Assembly: GCA_963667015.2 (NCBI GenBank)
Contig: CAXXJJ010000004.1
Span: 448,001-512,000, forward strand
Direction: 5' to 3'
Origin: Desulfatiglandales bacterium
GTDB taxonomy: Bacteria > Desulfobacterota > DSM-4660 > Desulfatiglandales > HGW-15
Length of the DNA: 64,000 nt
The notes below the pieces were generated by a model that saw only the letters and a list, made by a program, of their open reading frames with translations, had not been told where the DNA came from and did not search any database. Of this stretch, positions 20,769 through 31,693 are shown in pieces; within the stretch, counting starts at the first letter, position 1, and each line of letters begins with the position of its first letter. A program made the translations under genes and the position numbers.

Positions 20769-21571
20769 TTTTCTATACCTTCATTTATTCTGATTTTATT
20801 TAATTCAAGCTCTGCAACCATGAGAGAATTTTCTTTTGTTTCGATATGTTGGCTTACTTCTGTTTTGTCAGGAGAAGACTTCACGGCCTTTCTTATTCCG
20901 GATTCTACACCTGCAAACCCCATAAAAGACACAGCAAGAATACCGCCTATTATTAAGGTAATGGCAGCTCCCTGAAATGGTTTTGGTATGTCACAAAGCT
21001 CGAGTTCTTCTCTTATTCCTGCCATGATCGAGATAGCAATGGTAAAACCAACTCCTCCAAAAATACCGAGTGTAAGAGCTCTTCCAAGATCCCAGACATT
21101 ATTTGGATTATCAACACCAACGATATGGCTCATTATTGCCAGACATCCGTACAGGATCGCACAGTTAGTTGTAATGAGAGGAAGAAATACTCCGAAGGAC
21201 TTATAAAGCGGAGGGTAAAACTTCTTTACATACATCTCAACAAACTGTACTGAAGCGGCAATTGAAAATATGTATACTATGTAGCAGAGTATTGTCAGGT
21301 CAACAGTGGCGGCCTCTGCCTCAGGAACAAAAAAACCTGCTATAAATGATGCAAGAGGAGCCCCGGGCATTAATACAAAAGTGGTTATGGCCCAGCTCAA
21401 CAGGGAGGCAATGGTAATAACAAATGTAACCGCACACCCCATTCCAAAGGCCATTCCCACATTTTTCGATACTCCTACAAAAGGGCATATACCCACAAAA
21501 TTAATAAGTACGAAATTATTTATGAGAGCCGCGCTCAGGGCTATCATTAATACGTCAAATAGATATTCCAT
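20765..21571 (-). CDS. rnfA: Rnf complex subunit A
   Basis: NNFVL...GICPF and [11 protein letters not shown] motifs. Confidence 0.93.
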   Translation of the reverse strand: MEYLFDVLMIALSAALINNFVLINFVGICPFVGVSKNVGMAFGMGCAVTFVITIASLLSWAITTFVLMPGAPLASFIAGFFVPEAEAATVDLTILCYIVYIFSIAASVQFVEMYVKKFYPPLYKSFGVFLPLITTNCAILYGCLAIMSHIVGVDNPNNVWDLGRALTLGIFGGVGFTIAISIMAGIREELELCDIPKPFQGAAITLIIGGILAVSFMGFAGVESGIRKAVKSSPDKTEVSQHIETKENSLMVAELELNKIRINEGIEK

Positions 21572-21598
21572 TAAATTACCTGTAGCTATTTTTAATGT

Positions 21599-22222
21599 TT
21601 AACTGTTTTTATTCTTGCCGGCTTTTTTCATATCCAGCCAGTTCACAAAACCGAGCAGTAATCCCAGAGTAATAAATGCGCCAGGAGGCAAAACCATTAT
21701 TACCCAGTCAGGCCAGGCCGCAGGAAGTATTGCAACTCCGAACAGGCCTCCTGTACCGAGGAGCTCCCTTATGGCTGCAACACTGGCAAGAGCCAGCCCA
21801 AATCCAAGTGACTGACCGATTGCATCTGATGCTGCAACAAAAACATTCTGTTTTGAGGCACATACCTCACACCGGCAGATAATAAGGCAGTTTACTATTA
21901 TTAAGGGAATATAAGGGCCCAGGGTTTTGCTCATCTGATACATATATGCTGCCAGAAGCTTATCTGCAATTGTAACAAAGGTAGCAATAGTAAGAGTAAA
22001 TACCACTATCCTGAGATGCGGCTTCAGAAGGTTCCTTATCAGGCTTATTACTATGTTAGCGCCAAGGAGAACAAAAGCGACAGCACAGGCCATGGTTATG
22101 GCTGATTTCATGCCGTTTGTTACCGCAAGGGTAGGGCATAGCCCTAACAGTTGTCTGTACACCGGATTTTCCGGTAATATTCCGTTTATAAACCTTTCAA
22201 TGGCAGTAGGTTGGTCAGCCAT
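21599..22222 (-). CDS. rnfE: Rnf complex subunit E
   Basis: ENPV...LGLCPTLAVT, IPLIIVNC and LPPGAF motifs. Confidence 0.94.
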   Translation of the reverse strand: MADQPTAIERFINGILPENPVYRQLLGLCPTLAVTNGMKSAITMACAVAFVLLGANIVISLIRNLLKPHLRIVVFTLTIATFVTIADKLLAAYMYQMSKTLGPYIPLIIVNCLIICRCEVCASKQNVFVAASDAIGQSLGFGLALASVAAIRELLGTGGLFGVAILPAAWPDWVIMVLPPGAFITLGLLLGFVNWLDMKKAGKNKNS

Positions 22223-22863
22223 CAGTTATTCTCCATATTATTCCCTGATTCAGGGAGTATTATTTTTGTTTTTAAATCGGCTATTGTGCTGTTAACTATG
22301 TCCGTCACCGCCCTTGATGATATTGTTGCACCTGATACTGAATCTATTTCATTATCATTTACTGATTTACCTTTTATAACAACAAGGGATGAATCTGAAG
22401 ATTTGCCCACATACTGGTTCCGCCAGGCATCTTCGACTATCTTATTGCCCAGACCCGGTGTCTCCTTCTGGTCGAGTATGAACAATCCGGTTATGGTTTT
22501 TCCATCAGGATCAAGACCAAGAAGAAGTTCAATCTTATCGGCATATCCCTGTCCTGTTGCCTTTACCACATGACCTGCTACAGTGCCGGTCTTGTCCAGT
22601 GCGTCATATACTGTATAGGATTTGGTTATACCGTTCTTATCAATATTTAAAATCCGCTTACTGATATCAAAAGAATCGGCATTTGCTGTTGAATCCTCTC
22701 CTGACACAAGAACAGGTATCTTTTCCATGGTTTCTCTGGTTTTATTTTCCTCGATTACAGGGCTCAAATTCAGGTGGACCGCTGCAAGAGAAACACTGAA
22801 GACAATTGAAAGTAATAATACGAGCCATGCCTGGCCCAGGTTGCTGTTTTTTATTGATCCCAT
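22222..22863 (-). CDS. rnfG: Rnf complex subunit G
   Basis: ETPGLG; FMN-attachment motif SGATISS. Confidence 0.93.
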   Translation of the reverse strand: MGSIKNSNLGQAWLVLLLSIVFSVSLAAVHLNLSPVIEENKTRETMEKIPVLVSGEDSTANADSFDISKRILNIDKNGITKSYTVYDALDKTGTVAGHVVKATGQGYADKIELLLGLDPDGKTITGLFILDQKETPGLGNKIVEDAWRNQYVGKSSDSSLVVIKGKSVNDNEIDSVSGATISSRAVTDIVNSTIADLKTKIILPESGNNMENN

Positions 22864-22864
22864 A

Positions 22865-23854
22865 TTATTTCCACCCCAGCGGTATCGGTATTGAAATTCG
22901 GTTTATAAGAGGTGTAACTGCATTCATCAGCAGGACAGCGAACATGAAACATTCAGGATATCCGCTGTACATCCTCATTATCATGGTCAAAAATCCTATC
23001 CCAATACCAAAATATATTTTCCCCTTAAAACTGAGAGGTGATGTTACAGGGTCTGTAGCAATAAAAAAGGCCCCGAACATGGTGGCCCCTCCAAAAAGGT
23101 GGTGATATAAAAATACACCCGAATGACTCCCGACCAGATCAACAATTGCAGAGATTAAAGCCATTGTTATTAATATGCTTATGGGTATTTCCCAGGAGGC
23201 AGCCTTTCTGTAAATCAGATAGAGACCGCCAAGGATACAGGCTATTACACTTGTTTCTCCCAGTGAACCTGCAGTATTTCCCAGTATCATATTGGTAAGT
23301 GCTGTATGTGCTCCGTCATACTTCAATGCAGTAAGAGGTGTTGCCCCTGAAACCGCATCCACAACACCCGAGAGGTTATCATAGGCAACCGCGCCAAGCT
23401 GCTGGGTAAAGGCCATAATAACAAAGGCGCGTCCCACCATGGCAGGATTGAAGATATTCATTCCAACACCGCCGAACAGGACCTTTCCAAGACCAATAGC
23501 TGCAAAGGCCCCGATAATCGTTGCATACCAAGGTGCTCCGGGCGGAAGAGAAAATGCGAGTATGATTCCTGTAACCGCTGCTGAAAAATCGTTTATTGTT
23601 AATGATTTCCCTCTCATTTTCTCAAATATGAATTCCGCCACAAGGCAGGTGATTGTGCAGAGAAGGATCTGTTTAACCGCGTATAATCTGAATAGGAAGA
23701 TAGACACAGCTATTACAGGAATGAGGGATATAAATACGTCCAGCATTACCCTTTTTGTGTGAGCCCCTGTATCCAGAATATGAGGGGAAGGCGACACGTG
23801 AATAGCCGGCGCTGTCTCTCCGGTTAAATCTGTTGATTTACTTATATCCGGCAT
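22865..23854 (-). CDS. rnfD: Rnf complex subunit D
   Basis: NIFNPAMVGR, SGATPL, GSLGETS and ATDPVTSP motifs. Confidence 0.94.
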   Translation of the reverse strand: MPDISKSTDLTGETAPAIHVSPSPHILDTGAHTKRVMLDVFISLIPVIAVSIFLFRLYAVKQILLCTITCLVAEFIFEKMRGKSLTINDFSAAVTGIILAFSLPPGAPWYATIIGAFAAIGLGKVLFGGVGMNIFNPAMVGRAFVIMAFTQQLGAVAYDNLSGVVDAVSGATPLTALKYDGAHTALTNMILGNTAGSLGETSVIACILGGLYLIYRKAASWEIPISILITMALISAIVDLVGSHSGVFLYHHLFGGATMFGAFFIATDPVTSPLSFKGKIYFGIGIGFLTMIMRMYSGYPECFMFAVLLMNAVTPLINRISIPIPLGWK

Positions 23855-23857
23855 AAT

Positions 23858-25237
23858 CTAATTACCTTTTTTTGCTGAATGCTGGGTTGCCAAAAATCTC
23901 TTTCCGGACCTTATCAACTGAACAAGGTTGATCTTGGCTGGACATACATGGGCGCAGCACCCGCATTCGTAGCATGCGTTTATAAAATATTTCATCATAA
24001 CATCCGGATTTTTATACCTTGAAGCCAGCGCCAGTCGTGTAGGTACAAGCCTCATGGGACAGGCATCAACGCATCTTCCGCACCTGATGCAGGATGTTTC
24101 CTCCTGTTCAATCAGTTCCTGATTGGTTATTACTGTTATACCCGAGCTTCCCTTGGTAATGGGCGCAGAAAGGTCGGAGAATGAAAAACCCATCATGGGG
24201 CCTCCGGCAATCATTCTGCCTGCATCCTTTGTTAATCCGCCGCAGTAATCGATCAGTTCTCCCATCGGGATACCTATAGGAACAAACAGATTTTTAGGAT
24301 TGACAATGCCTCTGCCTGAAACGCTTACCACGCGGTGGGTAAGCGGCCTTCCCTTGACAACTGCCATTGCTACAGCAGCTATTGACCCGACATTACTTAT
24401 TGCAACACCGACATCACCGGGAAGTCCTCCAAGCGGTACTTCAAGCCCCAGGACAGATTTTATAAGCGATTTTTCGCCGCCCTGGGGATACTTGGTCTTT
24501 AATACTGCTATTTTTATCGGAGTATTTTGCGCTGCTTCTTCCAGTTTTTTAATGGCTTCCGGTTTGTTGTTTTCTATGCCAATAATTATTTTCTTTGCCG
24601 AGAGGGCATGGGCTCCTAAAAGGGCTCCGGTAATAATGGCATGGGGAGCCTCCATCATCATCCTGTAGTCACATGTAAGGTATGGCTCACATTCACAACC
24701 GTTTATCAGAACAACATCGATGGGTTTTTTCTCATTTTTGATGAACTTGACGTGGGTTGGAAATGCAGCGCCTCCCAATCCGACTATTCCTGATTCTTTT
24801 ATTATGTCAGGGATTTTTGATGCATCATATGCAGAGATATCTTTAGGCCAGTCATTTGATGTCAATTCCTGCCAAAGGACCGTGGGGTCCATCTGGCCTT
24901 CTTCATTGCTTTTTATAGTTACGGCCGGCAGATGTCTGCCGGTTGGCAATGTAACAGTGCTGTTGTTTTTCACAATTCCTGAAACAGGCGAATGGATGGA
25001 AGCCGAAATAAAGGCCTCTCCAACGCCTACCATCTCACCATATTTTACTTCCTGCTTTGGTTCGACGATCTGTTTGCACGGGGCTCCAACATGCTGAGAC
25101 ATTGGAAGGAATACCGTTTGGGGTATATCCATCACTTCAACCTTTGAATCCTCACACAACCCTTTGTTTTCAGGCGGGTGAATTCCGTGCTCAAAGGTGC
25201 CGGTTCCCGGAAATCCTTGTAACCTGAAAAGACTCAT
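23858..25237 (-). CDS. rnfC: Rnf complex subunit C
   Basis: GIVGLGGAAFPTHVK, ECEPYLTCD, YPQGGEK and two 4Fe-4S motifs. Confidence 0.95.
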   Translation of the reverse strand: MSLFRLQGFPGTGTFEHGIHPPENKGLCEDSKVEVMDIPQTVFLPMSQHVGAPCKQIVEPKQEVKYGEMVGVGEAFISASIHSPVSGIVKNNSTVTLPTGRHLPAVTIKSNEEGQMDPTVLWQELTSNDWPKDISAYDASKIPDIIKESGIVGLGGAAFPTHVKFIKNEKKPIDVVLINGCECEPYLTCDYRMMMEAPHAIITGALLGAHALSAKKIIIGIENNKPEAIKKLEEAAQNTPIKIAVLKTKYPQGGEKSLIKSVLGLEVPLGGLPGDVGVAISNVGSIAAVAMAVVKGRPLTHRVVSVSGRGIVNPKNLFVPIGIPMGELIDYCGGLTKDAGRMIAGGPMMGFSFSDLSAPITKGSSGITVITNQELIEQEETSCIRCGRCVDACPMRLVPTRLALASRYKNPDVMMKYFINACYECGCCAHVCPAKINLVQLIRSGKRFLATQHSAKKGN

Positions 25238-25419
25238 TATTTACCTTTCCTTAATCGCTCATAATAAGGTCATATGCGATTTATCTATAATGTATTCCGT
25301 TTCTAACAGATATTACCAGATGATTCTCTGGGCCTTAAAAAATAACATCCGGAACAAGAGGCTTTCCGGAGCCAAACATATAACAATATTTCTAAAAAAT
25401 TTTCCATACTTTTTTTCAG

Positions 25420-26559
25420 TTAGAAGACATTTTTGTTATTTTCAGCGGAATAAACCCGCTTAGTCCTGTTTTTATATCTTCGGCCAAGGGCATCTGCTGT
25501 TATAATAATATCGGTTGCAAGGTCTGGAGAAACATCAAATGCAAGATTCTTCATATTAGACCCGGGTCCAAAACAGGCCTGTCCGGCCCGTTGAATATTC
25601 TCTCTGGATTGATCTTCAACATTTAATTCATCAAGTGTTACGGGAAGTCCGACTGATATGCAGAATCTAAGGACCTCTTCAATCTCCTCCTTAGGGTAGT
25701 TCTCTATTATCAGGTTTGCAATTATACCAAATCCTACAAGCTCTCCATGGAGACGATCTTCTGTACCTTTAAGTGTTCCTACTCCAATCCCGAATGAGTG
25801 GGCCGCGCCCAGACCGCAATTCTCAAAGCCAATGGAACTTAAGAGGCAGTTTGCCTCAATTACCAGTTCAACTGCCGGAGTAACGCTGTTTAAATCCACT
25901 GCCATTTTTGCGGATTCACCATACTGCATGACAGTGTCATATGTAAGTCTGGCTATTGCCTTTCCTGCACCAGTAGGGAGTGCACCCGCAAGATTTTTGG
26001 CGCCTGTCATTTCACAGGTATTTGCCTCAAACCATGTTGCAAGGGCATCACCCATTCCTGCAACAAAAAAACGTGTCGGCGCTTCAGCGATTATTCTGGT
26101 GTCAACAATCACAAGGTCCGGGTTTCTCTTAAGTATAACGATATCATCGATTACATGATCTTCTGTGTATTGAAGAGCAACAGAGCTGCACGGGGCATCT
26201 GTAGAGGCTATTGTAGGGATAATTGCCAGCGGGAGATCTGTATGATGGGCGGCAGCTTTTGCCGTGTCAATGACAAGCCCCCCGCCGATACCGGCTATAA
26301 TATCAGCATTATGGCTTTTTGCTTCAGCTGCAAGATCCAGGGCTTCCTTCTTTGTTCCTTTGCCGGTGAAAACAGAAAATGAACATTCCAGGCCCTGTTC
26401 ATTTATGCCTGAGGTAATATCATCTTTGACCCTGAAAAGGGCAGTCCTGCCGCCTATGATAAAAGGACGTTTTCCCAGCCTTGAAGCATGTCGGGCAAAA
26501 TCCTTTATAACATTATAATCCTGTATATATCTTCCAGGTGCGGTCATTATTTTCAGCAT
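25420..26559 (-). CDS. gldA: Glycerol dehydrogenase (iron-containing ADH family)
   Basis: GIGGG...DTAKA, PTIASTDAPCS, AGMGDALATWFEA and LHGE motifs. Confidence 0.88.
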   Translation of the reverse strand: MLKIMTAPGRYIQDYNVIKDFARHASRLGKRPFIIGGRTALFRVKDDITSGINEQGLECSFSVFTGKGTKKEALDLAAEAKSHNADIIAGIGGGLVIDTAKAAAHHTDLPLAIIPTIASTDAPCSSVALQYTEDHVIDDIVILKRNPDLVIVDTRIIAEAPTRFFVAGMGDALATWFEANTCEMTGAKNLAGALPTGAGKAIARLTYDTVMQYGESAKMAVDLNSVTPAVELVIEANCLLSSIGFENCGLGAAHSFGIGVGTLKGTEDRLHGELVGFGIIANLIIENYPKEEIEEVLRFCISVGLPVTLDELNVEDQSRENIQRAGQACFGPGSNMKNLAFDVSPDLATDIIITADALGRRYKNRTKRVYSAENNKNVF

Positions 26560-26790
26560 TGCTGATCTCCTCTTAATGAGTGGTAAATATTAATTCTGGT
26601 ATTTCAGTGATACAGTTATACGAAAATTACTTTATAACAATTTCTTACCGCTATGACCATATGATATATCTGATGTCAGGGAAGGGGATAAAAAAAGCTT
26701 GCTATATAGTTGATTATATCTTTAAATTACTTTTAATTATTTAGACTAATAAGCTGACATTTAATCAAAAAAATAGAAAGGGGGCTATAT

Positions 26791-27168
26791 ATGTCTGTTG
26801 AAGAAAACAAAGAGCTTGTGATGAGGTTTCTGAATGAATTTATGATTGGTCATGATATTAAGGTGCTTGATGAACTGCTTGGGCCGTCTTACACTCAACA
26901 TAACCCTGGGCTTGGTCATGGTAAACCTGAACTGATTAAATTTTTTCAGGATTTCTGGGAGATACACCCTAAACCCGGCTATTACCTGAAAAGAATTCTT
27001 GCTGAAAATGATCTTGTGGCAATTCACTATCACTTCCAGCCTGATCCGGATGAAAAAGGATATGCCATTGTTGATATCTTCAGGATTGAAGATGGCAAGC
27101 TGGCTGAACACTGGGATGTTTGTCAGAATATGCCTGAAAAATCATTAAATGACAGTCCAATGTTCTAA
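26791..27168 (+). CDS. SnoaL-like / NTF2 family protein
   Basis: YTQHNP and VDIFRIEDGKLAEHWD motifs. Confidence 0.88.
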   Translation: MSVEENKELVMRFLNEFMIGHDIKVLDELLGPSYTQHNPGLGHGKPELIKFFQDFWEIHPKPGYYLKRILAENDLVAIHYHFQPDPDEKGYAIVDIFRIEDGKLAEHWDVCQNMPEKSLNDSPMF

Positions 27169-27205
27169 ACCATTAATCTCAAATAACGTGGAGGTATTGT
27201 AGTCA

Positions 27206-28723
27206 ATGCTAAGTAATCTAAAGGCGGGTTCAATTTACAGGTTGTTCTTTATAATATTTATTACTTCTGCCGTTACTTTTCCATCATATGCTCAACAGGC
27301 AATAGAAAAATCCGTGGTTAAAATTTATACTAACCAGCGAAGGCCTGATATATTTAATCCGTGGTCTAAAATGCCTTCAAACGAGATTTCAGGTTCCGGA
27401 GTTATTATTTCCGGAAACAGAATACTTACAAATGCACATGTGGTTACATATGCAAACCAGGTTTATGTTCAACCCTATCAGTCAGCAGAAAAGATCTCAG
27501 CAGAAGTTATAGCTATTGCCCCGGGGATAGACCTGGCACTGCTTAAACTTGAAGATGAAGAATTTTTTAAAGATCATCCTCCATTACCAATGTCAGAAGT
27601 GATCCCTAAAACAGGTGAAAAGGTAAATGCATATGGCTATCCAATGGGAGGATCTGGATTATCTGTAACCGAGGGGATAGTGTCCAGGATTGAATTCAGC
27701 TCCTACTATTACAACAATTCAGGGCTCAGGATACAGGTAGATGCTCCGCTTAATCCAGGCAACAGCGGAGGCCCGGTAATATCCAATAAAGAAATTGTAG
27801 GTTTAGTTTTCAGCGGAATCAGAAAGGCCGATAATATCGGATATTTAATCCCTGTTGAAGAGATAAAAATATTTCTAGATGATATTGCTGATGGTAAATA
27901 TGATGGAAAACCCATGATGTTTGACCAGCTGCAGACACTTGAAAATGATGCTCTGAGGGAAAAGTTGAGGCTTAAAAAAAGCCAGACAGGCATGATGGTA
28001 ACAATTCCTTATGGGGATGGTGAGAAAGGTAAATTGAAAAAGTGGGACATTATCGCCAGTATTGGCAATCATGATATTGATAATGAGGGAAAAGTAATTA
28101 CTAGGGATGGACTGCGACTCAATTTTGCCTACATGATTCAGCACCTGGAAAAAGACAGTAAAATCAATCTCACCGTGATTCGAGAAGGGAAAGAAATAAA
28201 GTTGGATCTGCCCCTTGATAGAGAAAAAAATGAACTTTTACCTAATCTGAAGGATGGATACCCCAGTTACTTCATTTATGGCCCCCTGGTGTTTTCAGCC
28301 GCAACAAATGACTTTGTCAGATCCTTGCAAAGAGACATACTCAGTCTCTTGATGAGATCAAGTCCCCTGACTACACGATTGACCGAAAGTGCAACCGAAG
28401 AGCAGGAACAGTTGATTATAATTTCTTCAAGGATGTTTTCAAACAAAATTACTAAAGGTTACAGCGATCCGTTTACTCAGGTTGTAAAGGATATAAATGG
28501 CATTAAAATTAAAAACATAAAACAATTAGTTGAAGTTATACGCGATATGAATGATCCATATATTGAAATAAATTTTGAAGGAAATTATGTAGAAACCATG
28601 ATATTCAGAAAAGATGAAATGGATGCTGCTACCGAGGATATCCTTTCTGAAAACGGTATCAGGTTTCAATGCTCAAGTGATCTAATGCCTCTGCTGCAGA
28701 GACAGAAAAAGAGGGAGGAGTAA
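27206..28723 (+). CDS. HtrA/DegP-like S1C serine protease with PDZ domains
   Basis: TNAHVV, DLALL and NPGNSGGP catalytic-triad motifs; signal peptide. Confidence 0.92.
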   Translation: MLSNLKAGSIYRLFFIIFITSAVTFPSYAQQAIEKSVVKIYTNQRRPDIFNPWSKMPSNEISGSGVIISGNRILTNAHVVTYANQVYVQPYQSAEKISAEVIAIAPGIDLALLKLEDEEFFKDHPPLPMSEVIPKTGEKVNAYGYPMGGSGLSVTEGIVSRIEFSSYYYNNSGLRIQVDAPLNPGNSGGPVISNKEIVGLVFSGIRKADNIGYLIPVEEIKIFLDDIADGKYDGKPMMFDQLQTLENDALREKLRLKKSQTGMMVTIPYGDGEKGKLKKWDIIASIGNHDIDNEGKVITRDGLRLNFAYMIQHLEKDSKINLTVIREGKEIKLDLPLDREKNELLPNLKDGYPSYFIYGPLVFSAATNDFVRSLQRDILSLLMRSSPLTTRLTESATEEQEQLIIISSRMFSNKITKGYSDPFTQVVKDINGIKIKNIKQLVEVIRDMNDPYIEINFEGNYVETMIFRKDEMDAATEDILSENGIRFQCSSDLMPLLQRQKKREE

Positions 28724-28833
28724 TCCTCCTTCTTTTACTTCATTCGCGATAAGGAGAAAAAAGATGCCATCACATAAAATTATGCAGATTGTTGCATCCG
28801 AAAGTACGTCTGAAAATAAAAAAAGATTCTGGA

Positions 28834-30105
28834 TTATTTCAATATTCCCGGCAGGTAGAGACTCAGCCAGGGCCAGTATGTAATGATAAGCAAAGACAGG
28901 ATACATATCAGAAGAAAGGGGAGGGTAGCTTTATATAATTGAAGAACCGGTCTCTTCAACCTTGCGCTTGAGATGAAGAGATTTATGCCCACAGGCGGGG
29001 TGTTATAGCCTATTGCAAGGTTGACCAGAAAAACCACACCCAGGTGAAGGGGAGCAATACCAAAGCCTTCTGCCAGAGGGATAATCAAAGGAACGACTAT
29101 TAATATTGCACTGAATATATCCATCATGCACCCGACTATTATCAGGAAGAAATTCAGGATGAGGAGAAATCCGATTTTTGTGTGTACAACACTCTTCATG
29201 AATTCAAGTATAGCCATCGGGACAAAGGCATCCACCAGGTAGTTTGTAAATCCCAGAGCTGCCCCTAAAATTATTAAAATCCCGCCTACCATTTTCATGC
29301 TTTCTACCATAATAGGCGGCAGATCCCTGAATATGCTGATTTCCCTGTACACCACGGTTTTTATTATCAGTACGTATATAACAATTATGCTGGCTGCCTC
29401 AGTTGCAGTACAAAATCCTGAATATATCCCCGCAATTATTAAAAACGGGATAGGAAGTTCCCATATTGCGCCTCTGAATGAAGATAATAGTTCGGCAGTA
29501 CTGAATTTTGTCGTCTTTATCTTCCATTTTTTTCCCATATATATTGAGAAGATACACAGAAGCCCCAGCATCAGTGATCCCGGAAGCAGGCCTGCCATGA
29601 ACAGTTCCTCTATATTTACCCCGGATACATATCCATATAATATGACAGGAAGGCTGGGAGGGAAATTTAGCCCGAGACTTCCGCCTGTTGTGACAAGGCC
29701 CAGTGAAAAATTCTCTTTATATTGTTCCTGTATAAGAGATGGAAAAAGAAGCCCCCCAAGGGCAATTATTGTAATACCTGTAGCACCGGTTACAGCAGTA
29801 AAAAATGCGCAGGATACAAGTGCTACAACACCCAATCCACCAGGAAGCCAGCCCAGCAGGCTTTTTGAAAACCTGATTAAGCGCTCCGATGTTTTTCCTT
29901 CTGCAAGCAGGTACCCGGCAAAGGTAAAAAGCGGAATAGACATTAGTATAGGGGATGATGACAACCTGTAAATTTCAATTGGGATGGCAATAAAATTAAT
30001 CTCTTCACTGTAAAGCCCGAGTAATGCCGCGCCAAGAATACAAACAAAGATCGGCATTCCAAGTAAGGCAAGTATTATAAGAATAATAACCAGTGCAATT
30101 ATCAT
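28834..30105 (-). CDS. dctM: TRAP transporter large permease DctM
   Basis: SIPLFTFAG, PPSLP and TPPVGINLF motifs; highly hydrophobic. Confidence 0.92.
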   Translation of the reverse strand: MIIALVIILIILALLGMPIFVCILGAALLGLYSEEINFIAIPIEIYRLSSSPILMSIPLFTFAGYLLAEGKTSERLIRFSKSLLGWLPGGLGVVALVSCAFFTAVTGATGITIIALGGLLFPSLIQEQYKENFSLGLVTTGGSLGLNFPPSLPVILYGYVSGVNIEELFMAGLLPGSLMLGLLCIFSIYMGKKWKIKTTKFSTAELLSSFRGAIWELPIPFLIIAGIYSGFCTATEAASIIVIYVLIIKTVVYREISIFRDLPPIMVESMKMVGGILIILGAALGFTNYLVDAFVPMAILEFMKSVVHTKIGFLLILNFFLIIVGCMMDIFSAILIVVPLIIPLAEGFGIAPLHLGVVFLVNLAIGYNTPPVGINLFISSARLKRPVLQLYKATLPFLLICILSLLIITYWPWLSLYLPGILK

Positions 30106-30632
30106 TGTGCCCTTTTACCAAATAAATTCACAAGGTCATTCAACAGGTTTACCAGAAATCGAAATAACATCATACCAAATCCAATTGGTATTATAAGCTG
30201 CCATTTCCAAGCAGAAATCCCCATTAACATGCCTGTGCCATACTGCATTTCCATACTGATATATCCTATTGATGCACGGAGCATAAAAAAACAGATAACT
30301 GAACAGGCGATTGCCAGCGTTACTTCGCGGATTTTCAGGAGAGCAGGGGGCAGAAAATGTCCCATAATGTCGATCCTGATATGCCGGTTGTTTTTTGTCA
30401 GAAGTGATGCGCCGAGGAATGTTATCCACAACACCATCAGCCTGGCTAAAGGCTCGCTCCAGTCGATACTGCTCAGAAAAAGATTGGCAAACTGAATATC
30501 CAATTTTGTGTATAATGCACGAAGAACAACGTTAAGGGATGAGAATATCACCATTAGAGAAAAGGATATTATTACAAGCCACCTTTCAATGTTTTCAAGT
30601 ATATTATTGATTAATTCTACTTTTTTTATCAT
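30102..30632 (-). CDS. dctQ: TRAP transporter small permease DctQ
   Basis: WSEPLAR...WITFLGASL...HIRID; four hydrophobic segments. Confidence 0.9.
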   Translation of the reverse strand: MIKKVELINNILENIERWLVIISFSLMVIFSSLNVVLRALYTKLDIQFANLFLSSIDWSEPLARLMVLWITFLGASLLTKNNRHIRIDIMGHFLPPALLKIREVTLAIACSVICFFMLRASIGYISMEMQYGTGMLMGISAWKWQLIIPIGFGMMLFRFLVNLLNDLVNLFGKRAQ

Positions 30633-31666
30633 TGTATTGTGCGCTTTTTATCAAGTGCATTATGAACTTTATTAAGCAGGTCCTCCGAAAATATATCACC
30701 CTTAAGCTCATTTGAAACTTCATTATAAAGATCCTGAAATTTCTGCAATTCATCACCTTTGGGAGCATAGGGTACTGTTATTCCTTTTTCTTTAATTACC
30801 TTTATTGCCTCAATTGTCTGGGTCTGTAGTTCATCGGTGAGTTTTTTCATTGAAACTTTAACTTCTTCCTTAAAAAGTTCTGCTAAATCTTCAGGTATTT
30901 TATCAAAATATTGCTTGGAAACAAGAATTGCACCCGTTGAATGGGCAATAGGAATGCCTGTCATATAATTCATATTTTCATTCCACTGCATTGCCAGTGC
31001 CCCAACCGGAGGCGCATAAACAGTATCGATCATATTTGTATTTATTGCTGTCGTTACATCAGTTATCGCCAGGGAGATTGGGGTAGATCCCATTATGGAA
31101 AATGTCCTTTTGGAAACAGGGTCCCCGGACCATGTCCATATCTTGAGCCCCTTTAAATCATCACGGGTTTTAATCTCTTTTTTGGAAAAAAGGTATACAT
31201 CGCCAACTTCCGCCCATTCAATATATTCAAATCCTTTTTTCCTGAACTCTTCAGTAAAAAGACCTTTTAACTCGTTTTGCACAAGCCTTACCTCGTCCAT
31301 ATTCCTGAACTGGAAAGGAAGATCCATCACTCTCCATATGGGAAGTATTTCGGTTATTCCCACACCGGAAAAGGCAGCACAATGTATCTGTCCAATTCTA
31401 ATCTTTTTAAGTACATCAATCTCATCACCCGCTATGCCCCCTGCATATATAAGCAGCCGCAATCTTCCCTGGCTCTTTGACTCCAGCCTTTTATCCAGGT
31501 CCTTCATATAATTTACCCATATTGAGCCTTCAGGAGCTACTGTTGCGAATTTTATTTTATATTTTTTTTCAGCGTAACAGACGTCCCTGTTAAAAAAGAA
31601 AAGATATATAATAACAGCAAATAAAAAAAATATAATCTTAGGATAGCAAGATATATACTTAATCAT
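30629..31666 (-). CDS. dctP: TRAP substrate-binding protein (DctP/TatP)
   Basis: IKFATVAPEGSIW, YAGGIAGDE and DLKGLKIW motifs. Confidence 0.9.
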   Translation of the reverse strand: MIKYISCYPKIIFFLFAVIIYLFFFNRDVCYAEKKYKIKFATVAPEGSIWVNYMKDLDKRLESKSQGRLRLLIYAGGIAGDEIDVLKKIRIGQIHCAAFSGVGITEILPIWRVMDLPFQFRNMDEVRLVQNELKGLFTEEFRKKGFEYIEWAEVGDVYLFSKKEIKTRDDLKGLKIWTWSGDPVSKRTFSIMGSTPISLAITDVTTAINTNMIDTVYAPPVGALAMQWNENMNYMTGIPIAHSTGAILVSKQYFDKIPEDLAELFKEEVKVSMKKLTDELQTQTIEAIKVIKEKGITVPYAPKGDELQKFQDLYNEVSNELKGDIFSEDLLNKVHNALDKKRTIQ

Positions 31667-31693
31667 AGTAATTATCCTTAATTAAGTGGAGGT

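Noticed and set aside
29297..29971. 224-aa plus-strand ORF, and similar antisense ORFs over the rnf genes, miaB and the kinase
   Set aside because: They lie opposite well-supported genes and have no motifs of their own
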